A stretch of 64,000 bases of DNA from Gammaproteobacteria bacterium (GCA_045561295.1 JBJKYD010000012.1:27690-91689), one strand, 5' to 3'; shown: positions 42,382 to 51,946, counted from the first letter of the stretch. Program-made: numbers and translations. Notes: generated from the sequence alone by a model not told the origin.

Positions 42382-42573
42382 TTATCCAAATATGAAGAAC
42401 CAGATGATGATTAGAACTAATGGAAATACAACGCTACCAAATGGGTTAGCCTTTAACAATTCAAAAGACATTCTCGGGCTACTAAACCAAGTATTAAGAA
42501 ACCTATATAAGTCAAAGGCAATGAAAACTGCTATTGCACCAACAATTAGATAGGTGAGTATATCGACAATCAT
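42382..42573 (-). CDS. Small 2-TM protein
   Basis: 63 aa with two hydrophobic helices. Confidence 0.6.
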   Translation of the reverse strand: MIVDILTYLIVGAIAVFIAFDLYRFLNTWFSSPRMSFELLKANPFGSVVFPLVLIIIWFFIFG

Positions 42574-42604
42574 ATATTTAATATAACATACACAGATCTA
42601 AGAC

Positions 42605-42639
42605 TATCTATACCGAGAAAGTTTTTCACGGTATAGATA
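42605..42639 (-). terminator. Stem-loop downstream of the TonB receptor
   Basis: tatctataccg...cggtatagata perfect 11-bp inverted repeat 17 nt after the stop. Confidence 0.7.
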
Positions 42640-42656
42640 AGTTAAATTATAAGTAT

Positions 42657-44627
42657 TTAGAACTTATAATCGACCGATACATCAAATCCAAAGCTTGCAC
42701 CGGGCAATGGGACGTGTGCTTTTACGAATGATGCATGATTTCTTCTAGTTTGATCAAGTAAATTACTTGCAAAAAGATTTATGTTTAAATCGTATAGATT
42801 ACTCAACGCAATCTTATCTGAATACTTAATCGATAAATCTAAATGAGAATTTGTTTTAGTCTCGATAGATGAGAAATCACTTTGCTTTTCAAAATGGGTA
42901 AGATTTAATGAGTATATTCTATTTTTTTCACCAAAAACTGTGATATCAATCATATTACTTGCACTTGGTATTCTAGGAAAATAAGTATTATCATCAAATG
43001 TTGCAGAAATATCATCTCTACTCATCATAAGAAGTACATCAGTGCCTCCAACAAGAAAAGAATTTTCTAGTGAAATTTCATACCCTTGAATAACACCATC
43101 TTTTTGAGACCAATTAGCATCTTGGTGATCACCATCATAATTTGTAGTCCCTAAGTCTCTTAAATAAATATAGTTATTTGTATTATTCCTATAAATGTCA
43201 AAAGAAATGAGAGTATTATTTAATTTATAATCTATCCCAAGGTCAATATTTCTTGATATCTCTCTTTTCAGATTGCTATCACCTCTTTCATATCTGTTTG
43301 TAGGTCCGTGTTTTCCATCCGCAAATAACTCTGCCGTATTAGGACTTCTCGATACGTGTGAATATCCAACTGAATATTTCAGATTATCTGTAATGGAGAA
43401 GATAGAATTCGCAGAAAAACTTATAGCTGAGTCTTCATAGTTTTTACCAGCAGTCAGTCTCTCATTGTTGTCATACCTTATTGCAACATCAACATCATGT
43501 CCTAGATAGTCACTATTCATGAAATACGCAACAGATTTATCATAAGACTCTGATGTAGGGATATATGCACCTGATGACATAGGTGACTTTGCATGACTAT
43601 ATGCAACTAATAATCTTCGATTCATATATTCATTATCTAAATTAAATTTTAAATTCAAAGCTGATGAATTGTTGTTTAATACTTTAAAGCTTCCATCTTC
43701 TTCATGTTCTTTAATAGAAGAATTAGAATTATTAAATGAAAAATCAACAGAATTGGCTATAGCAAGATTATCAAACCTGCCTTTAACTTTGTAATTATCT
43801 GTTTTATGAGTACTGTATATTCTGTGCTCACCCTCTTCTTCCTCCTCTTCCTCTTCCTCTTCAGCATGATATGGAATCCCATAGGTTCCTTTATTGTCTT
43901 CAACTGAAAATCCAATGAACCCCCAATCTTTAATTAAAGACAGTCCAGCAGTTAAATTTTTATCAGCAAAGTCTGAGTTAGCTAATGTATGTTTCTCTGC
44001 GCCCTCTTCATATAAAGATCCCTCTGACATGTCATAGTTAAAATGATCTCTTTTATTATGAGAGAAATACATACTGAGGTCTCCTATATTTCTTTTCATA
44101 AGAATATTATTTGAAAAGCCTTCACTTACAGTATCATAAGTCCTGCCTAGACGAATCATTTGGTCAGAATAAGCTTGATCCGTTATAGAGCCTATAATGA
44201 CATTGACTATACCACCAGTTGTTCCACCATAGTTAAATATAGATGCGGGTCCTTTGATTACTTCGATATGAGATGCATTACTGGTATTAACCATATTTGG
44301 ATGATCTGCACTTATATGACTCAAGTCGTTTACAGTATCATTATCTGATAACACTTTGACTCTGTTGCCACCTAAACCACGAATTACTGGTTGGCCCACT
44401 GCCGCACCATAATCAGAGTTCGATATGCCCGGTATTCTTTTAATAATTGTTCCAATACTCTGTGTTGAGTTAATATCTGTGCTTCCAATTACTGCAAGTG
44501 GGTATTTACTATCCCTTACTGTATTTGATAAAAGTGATGACTCCACTTCAAGAGGTGTTAAATCATCCGCTTGTACAAAAGTTGCACTCGTAATTATCAA
44601 AACGTAAAATAAACGTTTTAAAAACAT
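42657..44627 (-). CDS. TonB-dependent receptor, ZnuD-like
   Basis: GQPVIRGLGGNRV, SADH, IEVIKGP plug; RSP..ELFADGKH..T.RYE.G; C-terminal Phe. Confidence 0.88.
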   Translation of the reverse strand: MFLKRLFYVLIITSATFVQADDLTPLEVESSLLSNTVRDSKYPLAVIGSTDINSTQSIGTIIKRIPGISNSDYGAAVGQPVIRGLGGNRVKVLSDNDTVNDLSHISADHPNMVNTSNASHIEVIKGPASIFNYGGTTGGIVNVIIGSITDQAYSDQMIRLGRTYDTVSEGFSNNILMKRNIGDLSMYFSHNKRDHFNYDMSEGSLYEEGAEKHTLANSDFADKNLTAGLSLIKDWGFIGFSVEDNKGTYGIPYHAEEEEEEEEEEGEHRIYSTHKTDNYKVKGRFDNLAIANSVDFSFNNSNSSIKEHEEDGSFKVLNNNSSALNLKFNLDNEYMNRRLLVAYSHAKSPMSSGAYIPTSESYDKSVAYFMNSDYLGHDVDVAIRYDNNERLTAGKNYEDSAISFSANSIFSITDNLKYSVGYSHVSRSPNTAELFADGKHGPTNRYERGDSNLKREISRNIDLGIDYKLNNTLISFDIYRNNTNNYIYLRDLGTTNYDGDHQDANWSQKDGVIQGYEISLENSFLVGGTDVLLMMSRDDISATFDDNTYFPRIPSASNMIDITVFGEKNRIYSLNLTHFEKQSDFSSIETKTNSHLDLSIKYSDKIALSNLYDLNINLFASNLLDQTRRNHASFVKAHVPLPGASFGFDVSVDYKF

Positions 44628-44656
44628 TTTTTTCTCCTAAATTTATTTTTTACTAT

Positions 44657-44956
44657 TCAAATAAAATTAGAAGCTGGTGGTCCACGAGTATGAAAGTTAG
44701 TGACTAAATATTCTTCAAAATCTTTAGATGGAATATTGAACAAGGTCTGACAAACACAATAGTGATTTTCGATGAAATACTTGGAATGCAACTTACCGCA
44801 TTGTCCACAAACTTGATCATGGTCATGATTATGGTCATGGTCATGGTCATGATGACAAATATGTTCTTGGTGACTTTGCACAGATTGATTATGTTTAACT
44901 ATATCTTCGAACATAATAAGGCATGCTAACAAAAAAGCGTATATTATGCGAGTCAC
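44657..44956 (-). CDS. His/Cys-rich leader protein ending in RGPP (DUF2946/CutF/CruR-like)
   Basis: Hydrophobic N-terminus, HHDHDHDHNHDHD, CGQC, HYCVC, C-terminal TRGPP; 29 nt before the receptor ATG. Confidence 0.75.
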   Translation of the reverse strand: MTRIIYAFLLACLIMFEDIVKHNQSVQSHQEHICHHDHDHDHNHDHDQVCGQCGKLHSKYFIENHYCVCQTLFNIPSKDFEEYLVTNFHTRGPPASNFI

Positions 44957-45034
44957 ATAATTTTATTAATGAAATTATTTTTAATAACCTGAGGAAATAG
45001 ACATATTGTCAGTAAAATAATAATATAAATATGT

Positions 45035-45433
45035 ATGCCAATCGAGATTACAATCACATATACCATCGTACTTATAATCTTTATGTTAATTTTAGCTTTT
45101 AGAGTAATAGACTTGCGAGGGAGTCCGGTCACTAAATTTCTCCACTCTGACGATCGCGTAGTAGATGAGGATACCTTATACAGAGCCGTCAGGGCACATG
45201 GTAATTTAATTGAGTACGCGCCACTATTTTTAATTTTGATGCTCATAGCAGAGCTAAATGGTTTATCCTCATTATATTTACATATCAGTGGTAGCATTTT
45301 TACAGCAGGAAGATTCATGCACGGCATAGTTTTCTCATTTATGAAACCAAATCTATTCCTAAGAGTAGGTGGGATGATACTTACATTCACAGGATTTATT
45401 GTATTAATAACTGCAATAGTCTATTCACTATAA
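45035..45433 (+). CDS. MAPEG family membrane protein
   Basis: RAHGNLIEYAP, GRFMH. Confidence 0.9.
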   Translation: MPIEITITYTIVLIIFMLILAFRVIDLRGSPVTKFLHSDDRVVDEDTLYRAVRAHGNLIEYAPLFLILMLIAELNGLSSLYLHISGSIFTAGRFMHGIVFSFMKPNLFLRVGGMILTFTGFIVLITAIVYSL

Positions 45434-45494
45434 TACTAGCCTCTTATTGTTAAAAATCAGAGATATAAAACGATTGAATCAGGTTGATCAATAT

Positions 45495-45517
45495 TATAAT
45501 ATACCCCATATGGGTAT
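45495..45517 (+). promoter_or_regulatory. -10 box plus CsoR-type operator
   Basis: TATAAT at 45495-45500 followed by ATACCC-catat-GGGTAT at 45501-45517, heading an operon that ends in a CsoR-family gene. Confidence 0.8.
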
Positions 45518-46118
45518 AATAAATAAAACGATTATTATTCTACTGTTGGTTGTGACTGCTGATTCCGCATTCTCACGACCTATCTCATGGTCGGGGGGCT
45601 CAACGATAATGTATAAAACTAATAGTATGCACTCATCGTACTATTATCATTATTCGCCTTCTTATAAATACTCTATGGGGTTAGAATATATTAATAATCG
45701 CCATTTTAATGATCAATACATTAACCTAAAAACAACATATCTTTTAGGAAGGAAAAATACCAAAAAGTCACAAGCCAATTTGTATTTAACGGGAGGCATA
45801 TCAACTAAATCAAAGAATAATCACTTTTATGGTATTCATGGTGATTGGGAAACAAGAAGATTATTTACGTCATTCTCAGTCATTAATAAAGACACAGATG
45901 TAAAAGACTATACGGAAAATGAACTTACGTTTGGAGTAGCTCCATATCTGGGAGAATATAATGATTTACATACCTGGGTTATGGTAAAAGCTAAAAAAGA
46001 TACAATTAATAATAATTGGGAAACGTATCCATTTATGAAATTTTTTAAAGGTGATTCCCTGATAGAGGTGGGTACTAAAAATTCACACTGGGATATTCAC
46101 TATATGTTAAGGTTTTAA
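45510..46118 (+). CDS. Exported/outer-membrane hypothetical protein of the metal module
   Basis: Signal peptide then RPISWSGG, DWETRR, GVAPY.G.Y.DLHTW; C-terminal Phe. Confidence 0.7.
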   Translation: MGIINKTIIILLLVVTADSAFSRPISWSGGSTIMYKTNSMHSSYYYHYSPSYKYSMGLEYINNRHFNDQYINLKTTYLLGRKNTKKSQANLYLTGGISTKSKNNHFYGIHGDWETRRLFTSFSVINKDTDVKDYTENELTFGVAPYLGEYNDLHTWVMVKAKKDTINNNWETYPFMKFFKGDSLIEVGTKNSHWDIHYMLRF

Positions 46119-46136
46119 ATTAAAAGGAGAACTGTT

Positions 46137-46547
46137 ATGTATAAAATACTATTATCGATAATTATATTATCATCAAATACTGTCCTAGCCATGGATGGTA
46201 TGCATAATCATGATTCACATAATCATAATAAACATCAAGATATGACCTATGTTGACGGGTCTAAAACTAAGATTACAGATGAAATGTTTTTAAGTTTTAG
46301 TGCTGGCTTGTCTAATACACAAATTGTGATGGTCGATGTTCAAGGAATGGTATGTGATTTTTGTGCTAGAGGAATAGAAAAAACATTCAGCGACGACAAA
46401 GATGTCAAAAAAGTTGATGTAAGCCTAGATAAAGGAAAGGTCATGATTGCTTATTCTATGAACAAAAAAGTTGATCTAGATGAGATTAAAAATATTTTCT
46501 TATCTAATGGACAAACAGCTACTGGTATTGTAATCAGAAAAGTCTAA
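46137..46547 (+). CDS. Exported His-rich HMA-domain metal-binding protein
   Basis: GMVCDFCARGIEK HMA motif; HNHDSHNHNKH; AAGGAG RBS. Confidence 0.88.
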   Translation: MYKILLSIIILSSNTVLAMDGMHNHDSHNHNKHQDMTYVDGSKTKITDEMFLSFSAGLSNTQIVMVDVQGMVCDFCARGIEKTFSDDKDVKKVDVSLDKGKVMIAYSMNKKVDLDEIKNIFLSNGQTATGIVIRKV

Positions 46548-46550
46548 TTT

Positions 46551-46928
46551 ATGTTCAGAGATAATGAATCAATTAAACTGGGGTTGATCACGCTTTTTGC
46601 TTCTTCATCAACACTCATATGTTGCGCTTTACCTGCTCTATTTGTTCTACTTGGAGCAGGAGCAACGTTTGCATCAATAGTGAATTTTTTCCCACAATTA
46701 ATCATCATCTCACAATATAAAATTACTATATCTATAATTACAGGTATTATTTTAATAATTGCAGGAATTTTAATAAAAAAAGCTTCGTTACTTCCATGCC
46801 CAATAGATCCAAGCTTAAAAGATACGTGTCTTAAAACAAGAAAAAGGTCGAAAGTTATTTATTTTATCTCTACAGCAATATTTGTTTTCGCTAGTTTTTT
46901 TACTTATATACTACCTATATACTTATAA
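46551..46928 (+). CDS. MerT/MerF-like 3-TM metal transport protein
   Basis: TLICCALP in the first TM; CP.D....C loop. Confidence 0.75.
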   Translation: MFRDNESIKLGLITLFASSSTLICCALPALFVLLGAGATFASIVNFFPQLIIISQYKITISIITGIILIIAGILIKKASLLPCPIDPSLKDTCLKTRKRSKVIYFISTAIFVFASFFTYILPIYL

Positions 46929-46929
46929 C

Positions 46930-47193
46930 ATGACAGAAAATCCAACACATAAAAAGCAACTAGCTTCATTAAAGAGGATTGAAGGCCAAATAAGAGGAAT
47001 TATTAATATGATTGATGATGGTAAATATTGCGTTGATGTTCTTAACCAAATTAAGGCAGCAAAATCAGCATTGGTATCGGTAGAGTCAAAAGTACTTAAA
47101 GTTCATATGGAATCATGCGTAAGGAGTTCATTTAAAAATAAAAAATCTCTAGATACGAAAGTTGATGAGCTTTTGAAGCTAATCAATAAGTAA
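46930..47193 (+). CDS. csoR: CsoR/RcnR family metal-sensing repressor
   Basis: LKRIEGQIRGI..M...YC.DVL.Q..A...H...C (x-C-H-C fingerprint). Confidence 0.88.
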   Translation: MTENPTHKKQLASLKRIEGQIRGIINMIDDGKYCVDVLNQIKAAKSALVSVESKVLKVHMESCVRSSFKNKKSLDTKVDELLKLINK

Positions 47194-47743
47194 TCTTATA
47201 TTTAATTCTATGATGATGAAGGTCTTTTGACATTTGTATCCTGATATCTTCTTTAAGACATTCATCAGCTATCTTTATTTCTTGGGATGTTAGCTCTTTT
47301 TTGTTGAGAGCTATAAATATATCCAAACCAAATCTAGATAATTCCCTTGTACCAAAATCATGATTTTTTCTTTCAAACCCAATTCTTACATCATCTATTG
47401 ATGTAGATAACATTTGAGCTGTTTTTTCATATGCTAAGGATAAAGGCCTGCCATCAAATATAAATTGCCATGTCTGAGCATTGATAAAAATATATTTAAT
47501 CTCTGTTTTAGACCTGCCCCATTTATCAATCAAGCCGAAGGCTTCTGATAAATGTATTTTATCTTTGGAATATTTGGCTAAAATCTCATCAATATAAAGT
47601 TGTAACTCTTCTGTACAGTCTGTTTTGTTAAGTATATGAGCCGAATATTCTTTGATTAACGCTTCAGCTAACTCAGCATTAGGATCATTTTTATATTTTT
47701 TTACGAGGTTTGTCTCAAATACTTTCCATTCATCATCAGTCAT
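47183..47743 (-). CDS. Hypothetical protein
   Basis: 186-aa ORF with TATAAT 7 nt upstream; no motif recognised. Confidence 0.7.
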   Translation of the reverse strand: MTDDEWKVFETNLVKKYKNDPNAELAEALIKEYSAHILNKTDCTEELQLYIDEILAKYSKDKIHLSEAFGLIDKWGRSKTEIKYIFINAQTWQFIFDGRPLSLAYEKTAQMLSTSIDDVRIGFERKNHDFGTRELSRFGLDIFIALNKKELTSQEIKIADECLKEDIRIQMSKDLHHHRIKYKITY

Positions 47744-47760
47744 TTGATATATTATAAATT

Positions 47761-47850
47761 ATGGATGGCTTCTTTGTATTATCTTTTTTTATAGGGGCAA
47801 TAGTTTTTGCAGTCATTATGATGTGCTTTGATGATAATACTGACATTTAA
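47761..47850 (+). CDS. Small membrane peptide (29 aa)
   Basis: MDGFFVLSFFIGAIVFAVIMMCFDDNTDI. Confidence 0.4.
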   Translation: MDGFFVLSFFIGAIVFAVIMMCFDDNTDI

Positions 47851-47851
47851 T

Positions 47852-48001
47852 ATGAATAAGAAAAACGCTAATACGGTGCCTATAGATAGTAAAGTGAAGA
47901 AAAAAGAGCGTGATAAAAAATTTGTTAAGGATTATCTAAAACCTGAGTGTGAAGAAGAGTTGTCTGAAGAAGAATATCCTAAAATTAAAGATCGCGACTA
48001 A
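47852..48001 (+). CDS. Small charged protein (49 aa)
   Basis: MNKKNANTVPIDSKVKKKERDKKFVKDYLKPECEEELSEEEYPKIKDRD. Confidence 0.45.
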   Translation: MNKKNANTVPIDSKVKKKERDKKFVKDYLKPECEEELSEEEYPKIKDRD

Positions 48002-48006
48002 TGTTT

Positions 48007-48423
48007 TTATTCAATATTTTTCATGGATACCCATGGCTCTTTAGGTTCAAGCTTTTCACCTTCTTGCAATAATTCAACGGAAATATTGTCTGGAGATTTT
48101 ACAAAAGCCATATAACCATCTCTTGGTGGATAATTAATCTTTATACCCATGTTTATAAGATGTTCACAGGTATCATATATATTTTTAACTTTATATGCGA
48201 TGTGTCCAAAATTTCTTGAGGACTCTTCTAAGCTATCACCATCCCAGTTATATGTAAGCTCTAATTCTGCATCCTCATTATTTGGAGCAGATAAAAAGAT
48301 AAGGGTGAATCTATCTTCTTCAAATTCCATTCTTCTTGCTTCTTTTAAGCCAAGTCCATCACAGTAAAATTTTAATGATTCCTCTACATCAGATACCCTA
48401 AGCATTGTGTGCAAATATTTCAT
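48007..48423 (-). CDS. gloA: Lactoylglutathione lyase (glyoxalase I)
   Basis: LHTMLRV, ELELTYNW, FGHIA, PPRDG.MAFV.SPD..SVELL. Confidence 0.9.
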   Translation of the reverse strand: MKYLHTMLRVSDVEESLKFYCDGLGLKEARRMEFEEDRFTLIFLSAPNNEDAELELTYNWDGDSLEESSRNFGHIAYKVKNIYDTCEHLINMGIKINYPPRDGYMAFVKSPDNISVELLQEGEKLEPKEPWVSMKNIE

Positions 48424-48492
48424 AAGAAACTACTATTCTAATACTTTAAACTATGTTAAAAATTTATAAATTATTTTTGTATATTTTTAATT

Positions 48493-48594
48493 ATGTCTGA
48501 TTTAGCAAAACTACTCAAAGGGTTTATTGTCGCTGTTATTATATTGACAGTCTTTGCATATGTTGGGGTTTATGTAATATCATTACTTATTTAA
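48493..48594 (+). CDS. Small membrane peptide (33 aa)
   Basis: MSDLAKLLKGFIVAVIILTVFAYVGVYVISLLI. Confidence 0.5.
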   Translation: MSDLAKLLKGFIVAVIILTVFAYVGVYVISLLI

Positions 48595-48650
48595 TTTCAT
48601 AGCAAGAAAAATTTATATTATTTTTTTCATTATTCAGGTTAATATGAATT

Positions 48651-48818
48651 ATGGTTAAATGGGAATATAAAACATTTGAGTGGGAAGTACTTAAACACGC
48701 ACTCAATGAAAGCCAAAAGCCGGAGAATCTAGGCGGACAAGGTTGGGAGCTGGTTTCAACCAATTATGATACAGATTACCGTGTCTGGGTCTTGATGTTC
48801 AAAAGGCCAATAGAATAA
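48651..48818 (+). CDS. DUF4177-like small protein (55 aa, not in ORF track)
   Basis: WEYK...LN...LG.QGWELVS...FKRP. Confidence 0.8.
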   Translation: MVKWEYKTFEWEVLKHALNESQKPENLGGQGWELVSTNYDTDYRVWVLMFKRPIE

Positions 48819-48828
48819 CTTAAATTAT

Positions 48829-48921
48829 TTATATTAGTGCTATTACCACAAAAACAATCAGTGCATATACGGCTAACTCTACAAATGGGCTTCCGTTTGG
48901 TCTTTCGTTAAAGAATTTCAT
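48829..48921 (-). CDS. Small membrane peptide (30 aa)
   Basis: MKFFNERPNGSPFVELAVYALIVFVVIALI; AGGGG RBS. Confidence 0.5.
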   Translation of the reverse strand: MKFFNERPNGSPFVELAVYALIVFVVIALI

Positions 48922-49033
48922 GTCTTTTCCCCTGCTAATGTTTGAACTTATTATTACACAAATTTATGGTCATATGTATATTTAGGGTTAAGATAAAGAT
49001 TATGAAATATATACTTAATGAGAGAGTTATAAT

Positions 49034-49396
49034 ATGAATTTAATAAAAACTATAGAAAAAGGATTACTAGGTGTGATTGCATTACTAACGATTGTTGCAA
49101 CCATACAAGAGATAATCAGTATATACGCGGTAGGCAGAGTGAACTTGCCTGATTTGTTATTACTGTTTATATACACAGAGGTTTTAGGAATGATAGGTGT
49201 GTTTTATGTGAGTAATAAGATACCTATCACATTGCCATTATTTATTGCCATGACGGCATTATCAAGATTGATAATACTACAAGGTAAAGACATGGAACCA
49301 AGTACATTAATTTATGAGGCAGGTGCGATATTATTAATTGCAATTGCTTGTCTGATTATTAGATATAGACCCCCTAATCAGAGCACAGAGTTGTGA
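49034..49396 (+). CDS. psiE: Phosphate-starvation-inducible PsiE family protein
   Basis: DLLLLFIYTEV.GM, P..IAMTALSR.II. Confidence 0.85.
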   Translation: MNLIKTIEKGLLGVIALLTIVATIQEIISIYAVGRVNLPDLLLLFIYTEVLGMIGVFYVSNKIPITLPLFIAMTALSRLIILQGKDMEPSTLIYEAGAILLIAIACLIIRYRPPNQSTEL

Positions 49397-49436
49397 TATT
49401 AATCGATATGAATCAAATCTCATTAAAACATTAAAA

Positions 49437-49461
49437 AATTAAGATTCATGGTCATGGGTGC
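49437..49461 (-). repeat. tRNA-Met 3'-end copy (att-like) A
   Basis: agattcatggtcatgggtg at 49442-49460 is identical to 56103-56121. Confidence 0.9.
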
Positions 49462-49562
49462 ATTTGTAACATTAATTCATTTGCCTATATCCGGGTACAA
49501 AAGCAATATTCATATGTGTTTCTTTATGCTTGGTACGTTCCTTGCATAATAATGAGGAGGCG

Positions 49563-51824
49563 ATGAAACGAATCTATAAAAGTTTATTAATACCACTACT
49601 TCTTCTTGCATCTATTGATATCTATGCTGCATGCACTATAGGCGGTGTTGCATATAATGAGGCTGGACGAGCTGGTGCAGGTGTGACAGTTGTTACAGGT
49701 ACTCCAGGTGGATTTGTAACCAAAGCCGATATTCAATCTTGGGTCCTTACTGATAATATAACAACGTGCGATGTCTCACGAATTACGGATATGTCTGAAC
49801 TGTTTATGGCCAAGGGAGATTTTAACCAAGATATTTCAAGTTGGGATGTGAGTAATGCGACTACTATGCAAGGTATGTTTATGCTCGCTTCTGTGTTTGA
49901 TCAAGATATTTCCAATTGGGATGTGAGCAGCGTGACTAATATGGCAACTATGTTTGAGCTCGCTAATATGTTTAACCAAGACATTTCGGGTTGGGATGTT
50001 AGCAGCGTGGTTGATATGACTGCTATGTTTTTTCGTACTAACTCCTTTAATCAAAATCTTGGAAGTTGGGATGTGAGTAATGTGTCAAGTATGAATATAA
50101 TGTTTGTGTTAACATCCCTATCTAGCGATAACTATGATGAAATCTTAGTTGGCTGGAGTCAGTTATCATTGAAAACTGGTGTGACCCTTGAAGTCACAGG
50201 TGTTCAGTATACTGCAGTTTCTGCACGAAACGTTTTAACAACGACTTATAGCTGGACTATTTTGGATGGTGGTCAAGGAGCAGATATCTCTACTCCAAGT
50301 ATCACTATTACATCCTCAACAGTTGCTTCTGGTGCTTCAAGTTCTGATGCCTCCATTGCATTAATATTTACATTAAGTGAAGGTTCATCTAATTTTGCAC
50401 AAGCTGATATTACAGTCACTAATGGATCTTTATCAAGCTTCAGCAAAACATCATCAAAAATATATACAGCAACTTTCACTCCGTCAGCTTCAGGACAAAC
50501 AACTATCAATGTGGCTGCAAATACTTTTACCGATTATGCAGGAAATAATAATACGGCGGCTACTCAATTTACATGGACTTATACCGGCGAATCCTCAGAC
50601 CCAGGCGAATCCTCAGACCCAACAGAAACAGACCCAACAGAAAAAGCAGATGTCAAAACATCGGTCATCGTAATGTCTCATATCGTAACTAATTTCGCAC
50701 AAGCTAATCAAACAGTCATCGAAAATAGACTGCAATGGTTATCAAGACAAAAAGATAACGCTAAAACTTCTTATCAAGGTATTAAATTTAAGTTCGCAAA
50801 TCCTATTCTTAATAAAATTGCAAACAACAAAGAAGGATCCTATTCACCTGATCTTAATCAGATGGTAAACAGTGTCAATCAAGACCATGATCTACTTACT
50901 GCATCTAAACAAATGATTACATCTGATGCGACTGATTTATTAATCAGTGAAGCAGCTAAAGTAAAAGGTGAATATATTGGAACGCTTAATCCTGTTTTTA
51001 AAGCTATCGATGGATGGTCTGTCTGGACTGCAGGACAAATCACTATCGGTAAAGTCAAAGGAAATAGCACAAGCTCTGAATCTGATATAGACGATCAAAT
51101 GCTATCTATCGGACTGGATAAAAAAAATAAGTATGGCCTTGTGGGCTATATGTTATCGGTTGGACAAGCAAGAGCTGATATTAAAGGTAATGCAAGTGAA
51201 ATTAAATCTGATAACTACAGTCTTGCAACTTATAGAAGTTATTTATATGAAACAAGAAGTCTTGATGTGATGACAGGGGTAAGTTTATTTAAAATGGATA
51301 CTGTAAGAATCGATGGATCAGATCGCTTGGAGGGTAGACGTGATGTAAGACAAATTTATCTCATGACTAAATACAATGATCACAAAATTAAACTCAATCA
51401 CTTTACGCTAACCCCTTACGGGAGAGTATCTCTTGCATATAGTGAACTCAAAGCCTTTAGTGAATCAGGAGCATCAACAGCACTCCATTATAAAAAACAA
51501 AGTATAAGCGATACCTTATTGTCAGTTGGAACAGATATCAAGTTTAATAAAACTTACAAACATGGGACCTTATCTCCTTATGCTTTAGCTGAATACTCAG
51601 TCGATGTCTCGGATAGCTCAACCGCTGATATGTATTATGTTGGTCAATCTACCGAATACAGTTTAAGAATCAATAAAAAAGCTAGCAGTATTTACAAACT
51701 TGGTATAGGTGCTGATTATCTATCCAACAATGGGTTGACCTCATCATTGTATTATGAACGAGCACAAGCGATCAACTCAGGTCATAATGACAAACTTAAT
51801 TTAAGCATTAACTTCAAGTTTTAA
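49563..51824 (+). CDS. Autotransporter with DUF285/BspA-like repeats and an Ig-like domain
   Basis: GAGGAGG RBS; signal peptide; [11 protein letters not shown] repeats; T/S-rich Ig-like domain; beta-barrel ending INFKF. Confidence 0.88.
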   Translation: MKRIYKSLLIPLLLLASIDIYAACTIGGVAYNEAGRAGAGVTVVTGTPGGFVTKADIQSWVLTDNITTCDVSRITDMSELFMAKGDFNQDISSWDVSNATTMQGMFMLASVFDQDISNWDVSSVTNMATMFELANMFNQDISGWDVSSVVDMTAMFFRTNSFNQNLGSWDVSNVSSMNIMFVLTSLSSDNYDEILVGWSQLSLKTGVTLEVTGVQYTAVSARNVLTTTYSWTILDGGQGADISTPSITITSSTVASGASSSDASIALIFTLSEGSSNFAQADITVTNGSLSSFSKTSSKIYTATFTPSASGQTTINVAANTFTDYAGNNNTAATQFTWTYTGESSDPGESSDPTETDPTEKADVKTSVIVMSHIVTNFAQANQTVIENRLQWLSRQKDNAKTSYQGIKFKFANPILNKIANNKEGSYSPDLNQMVNSVNQDHDLLTASKQMITSDATDLLISEAAKVKGEYIGTLNPVFKAIDGWSVWTAGQITIGKVKGNSTSSESDIDDQMLSIGLDKKNKYGLVGYMLSVGQARADIKGNASEIKSDNYSLATYRSYLYETRSLDVMTGVSLFKMDTVRIDGSDRLEGRRDVRQIYLMTKYNDHKIKLNHFTLTPYGRVSLAYSELKAFSESGASTALHYKKQSISDTLLSVGTDIKFNKTYKHGTLSPYALAEYSVDVSDSSTADMYYVGQSTEYSLRINKKASSIYKLGIGADYLSNNGLTSSLYYERAQAINSGHNDKLNLSINFKF

Positions 51825-51873
51825 AACATTCTGCATGAATAAGTTGTAGTTTTGGTTATATGAATTATTTCTT

Positions 51874-51898
51874 AATTTAGATTCATGGTCATGGGTGC
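51874..51898 (-). repeat. tRNA-Met 3'-end copy (att-like) B
   Basis: tagattcatggtcatgggtg at 51878-51897 is identical to 56102-56121; 24/25 identical to copy A. Confidence 0.9.
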
Positions 51899-51946
51899 TA
51901 CCGAATTTCCCTATTTATAGCTATATATGAGTAGTGAAGATTCCTG

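Noticed and set aside
44815-44855. atggtcatgg repeats resembling the att core
   Set aside because: Explained by the His-Asp codon repeat of the leader ORF on the minus strand.
44971-44990. Possible Zur box upstream of the leader/TonB receptor
   Set aside because: GTTAT...ATAAT half-site spacing does not fit the consensus and the region is very AT-rich.
44953-45390. 145-aa minus-strand ORF
   Set aside because: Antisense shadow of the well-supported MAPEG gene.
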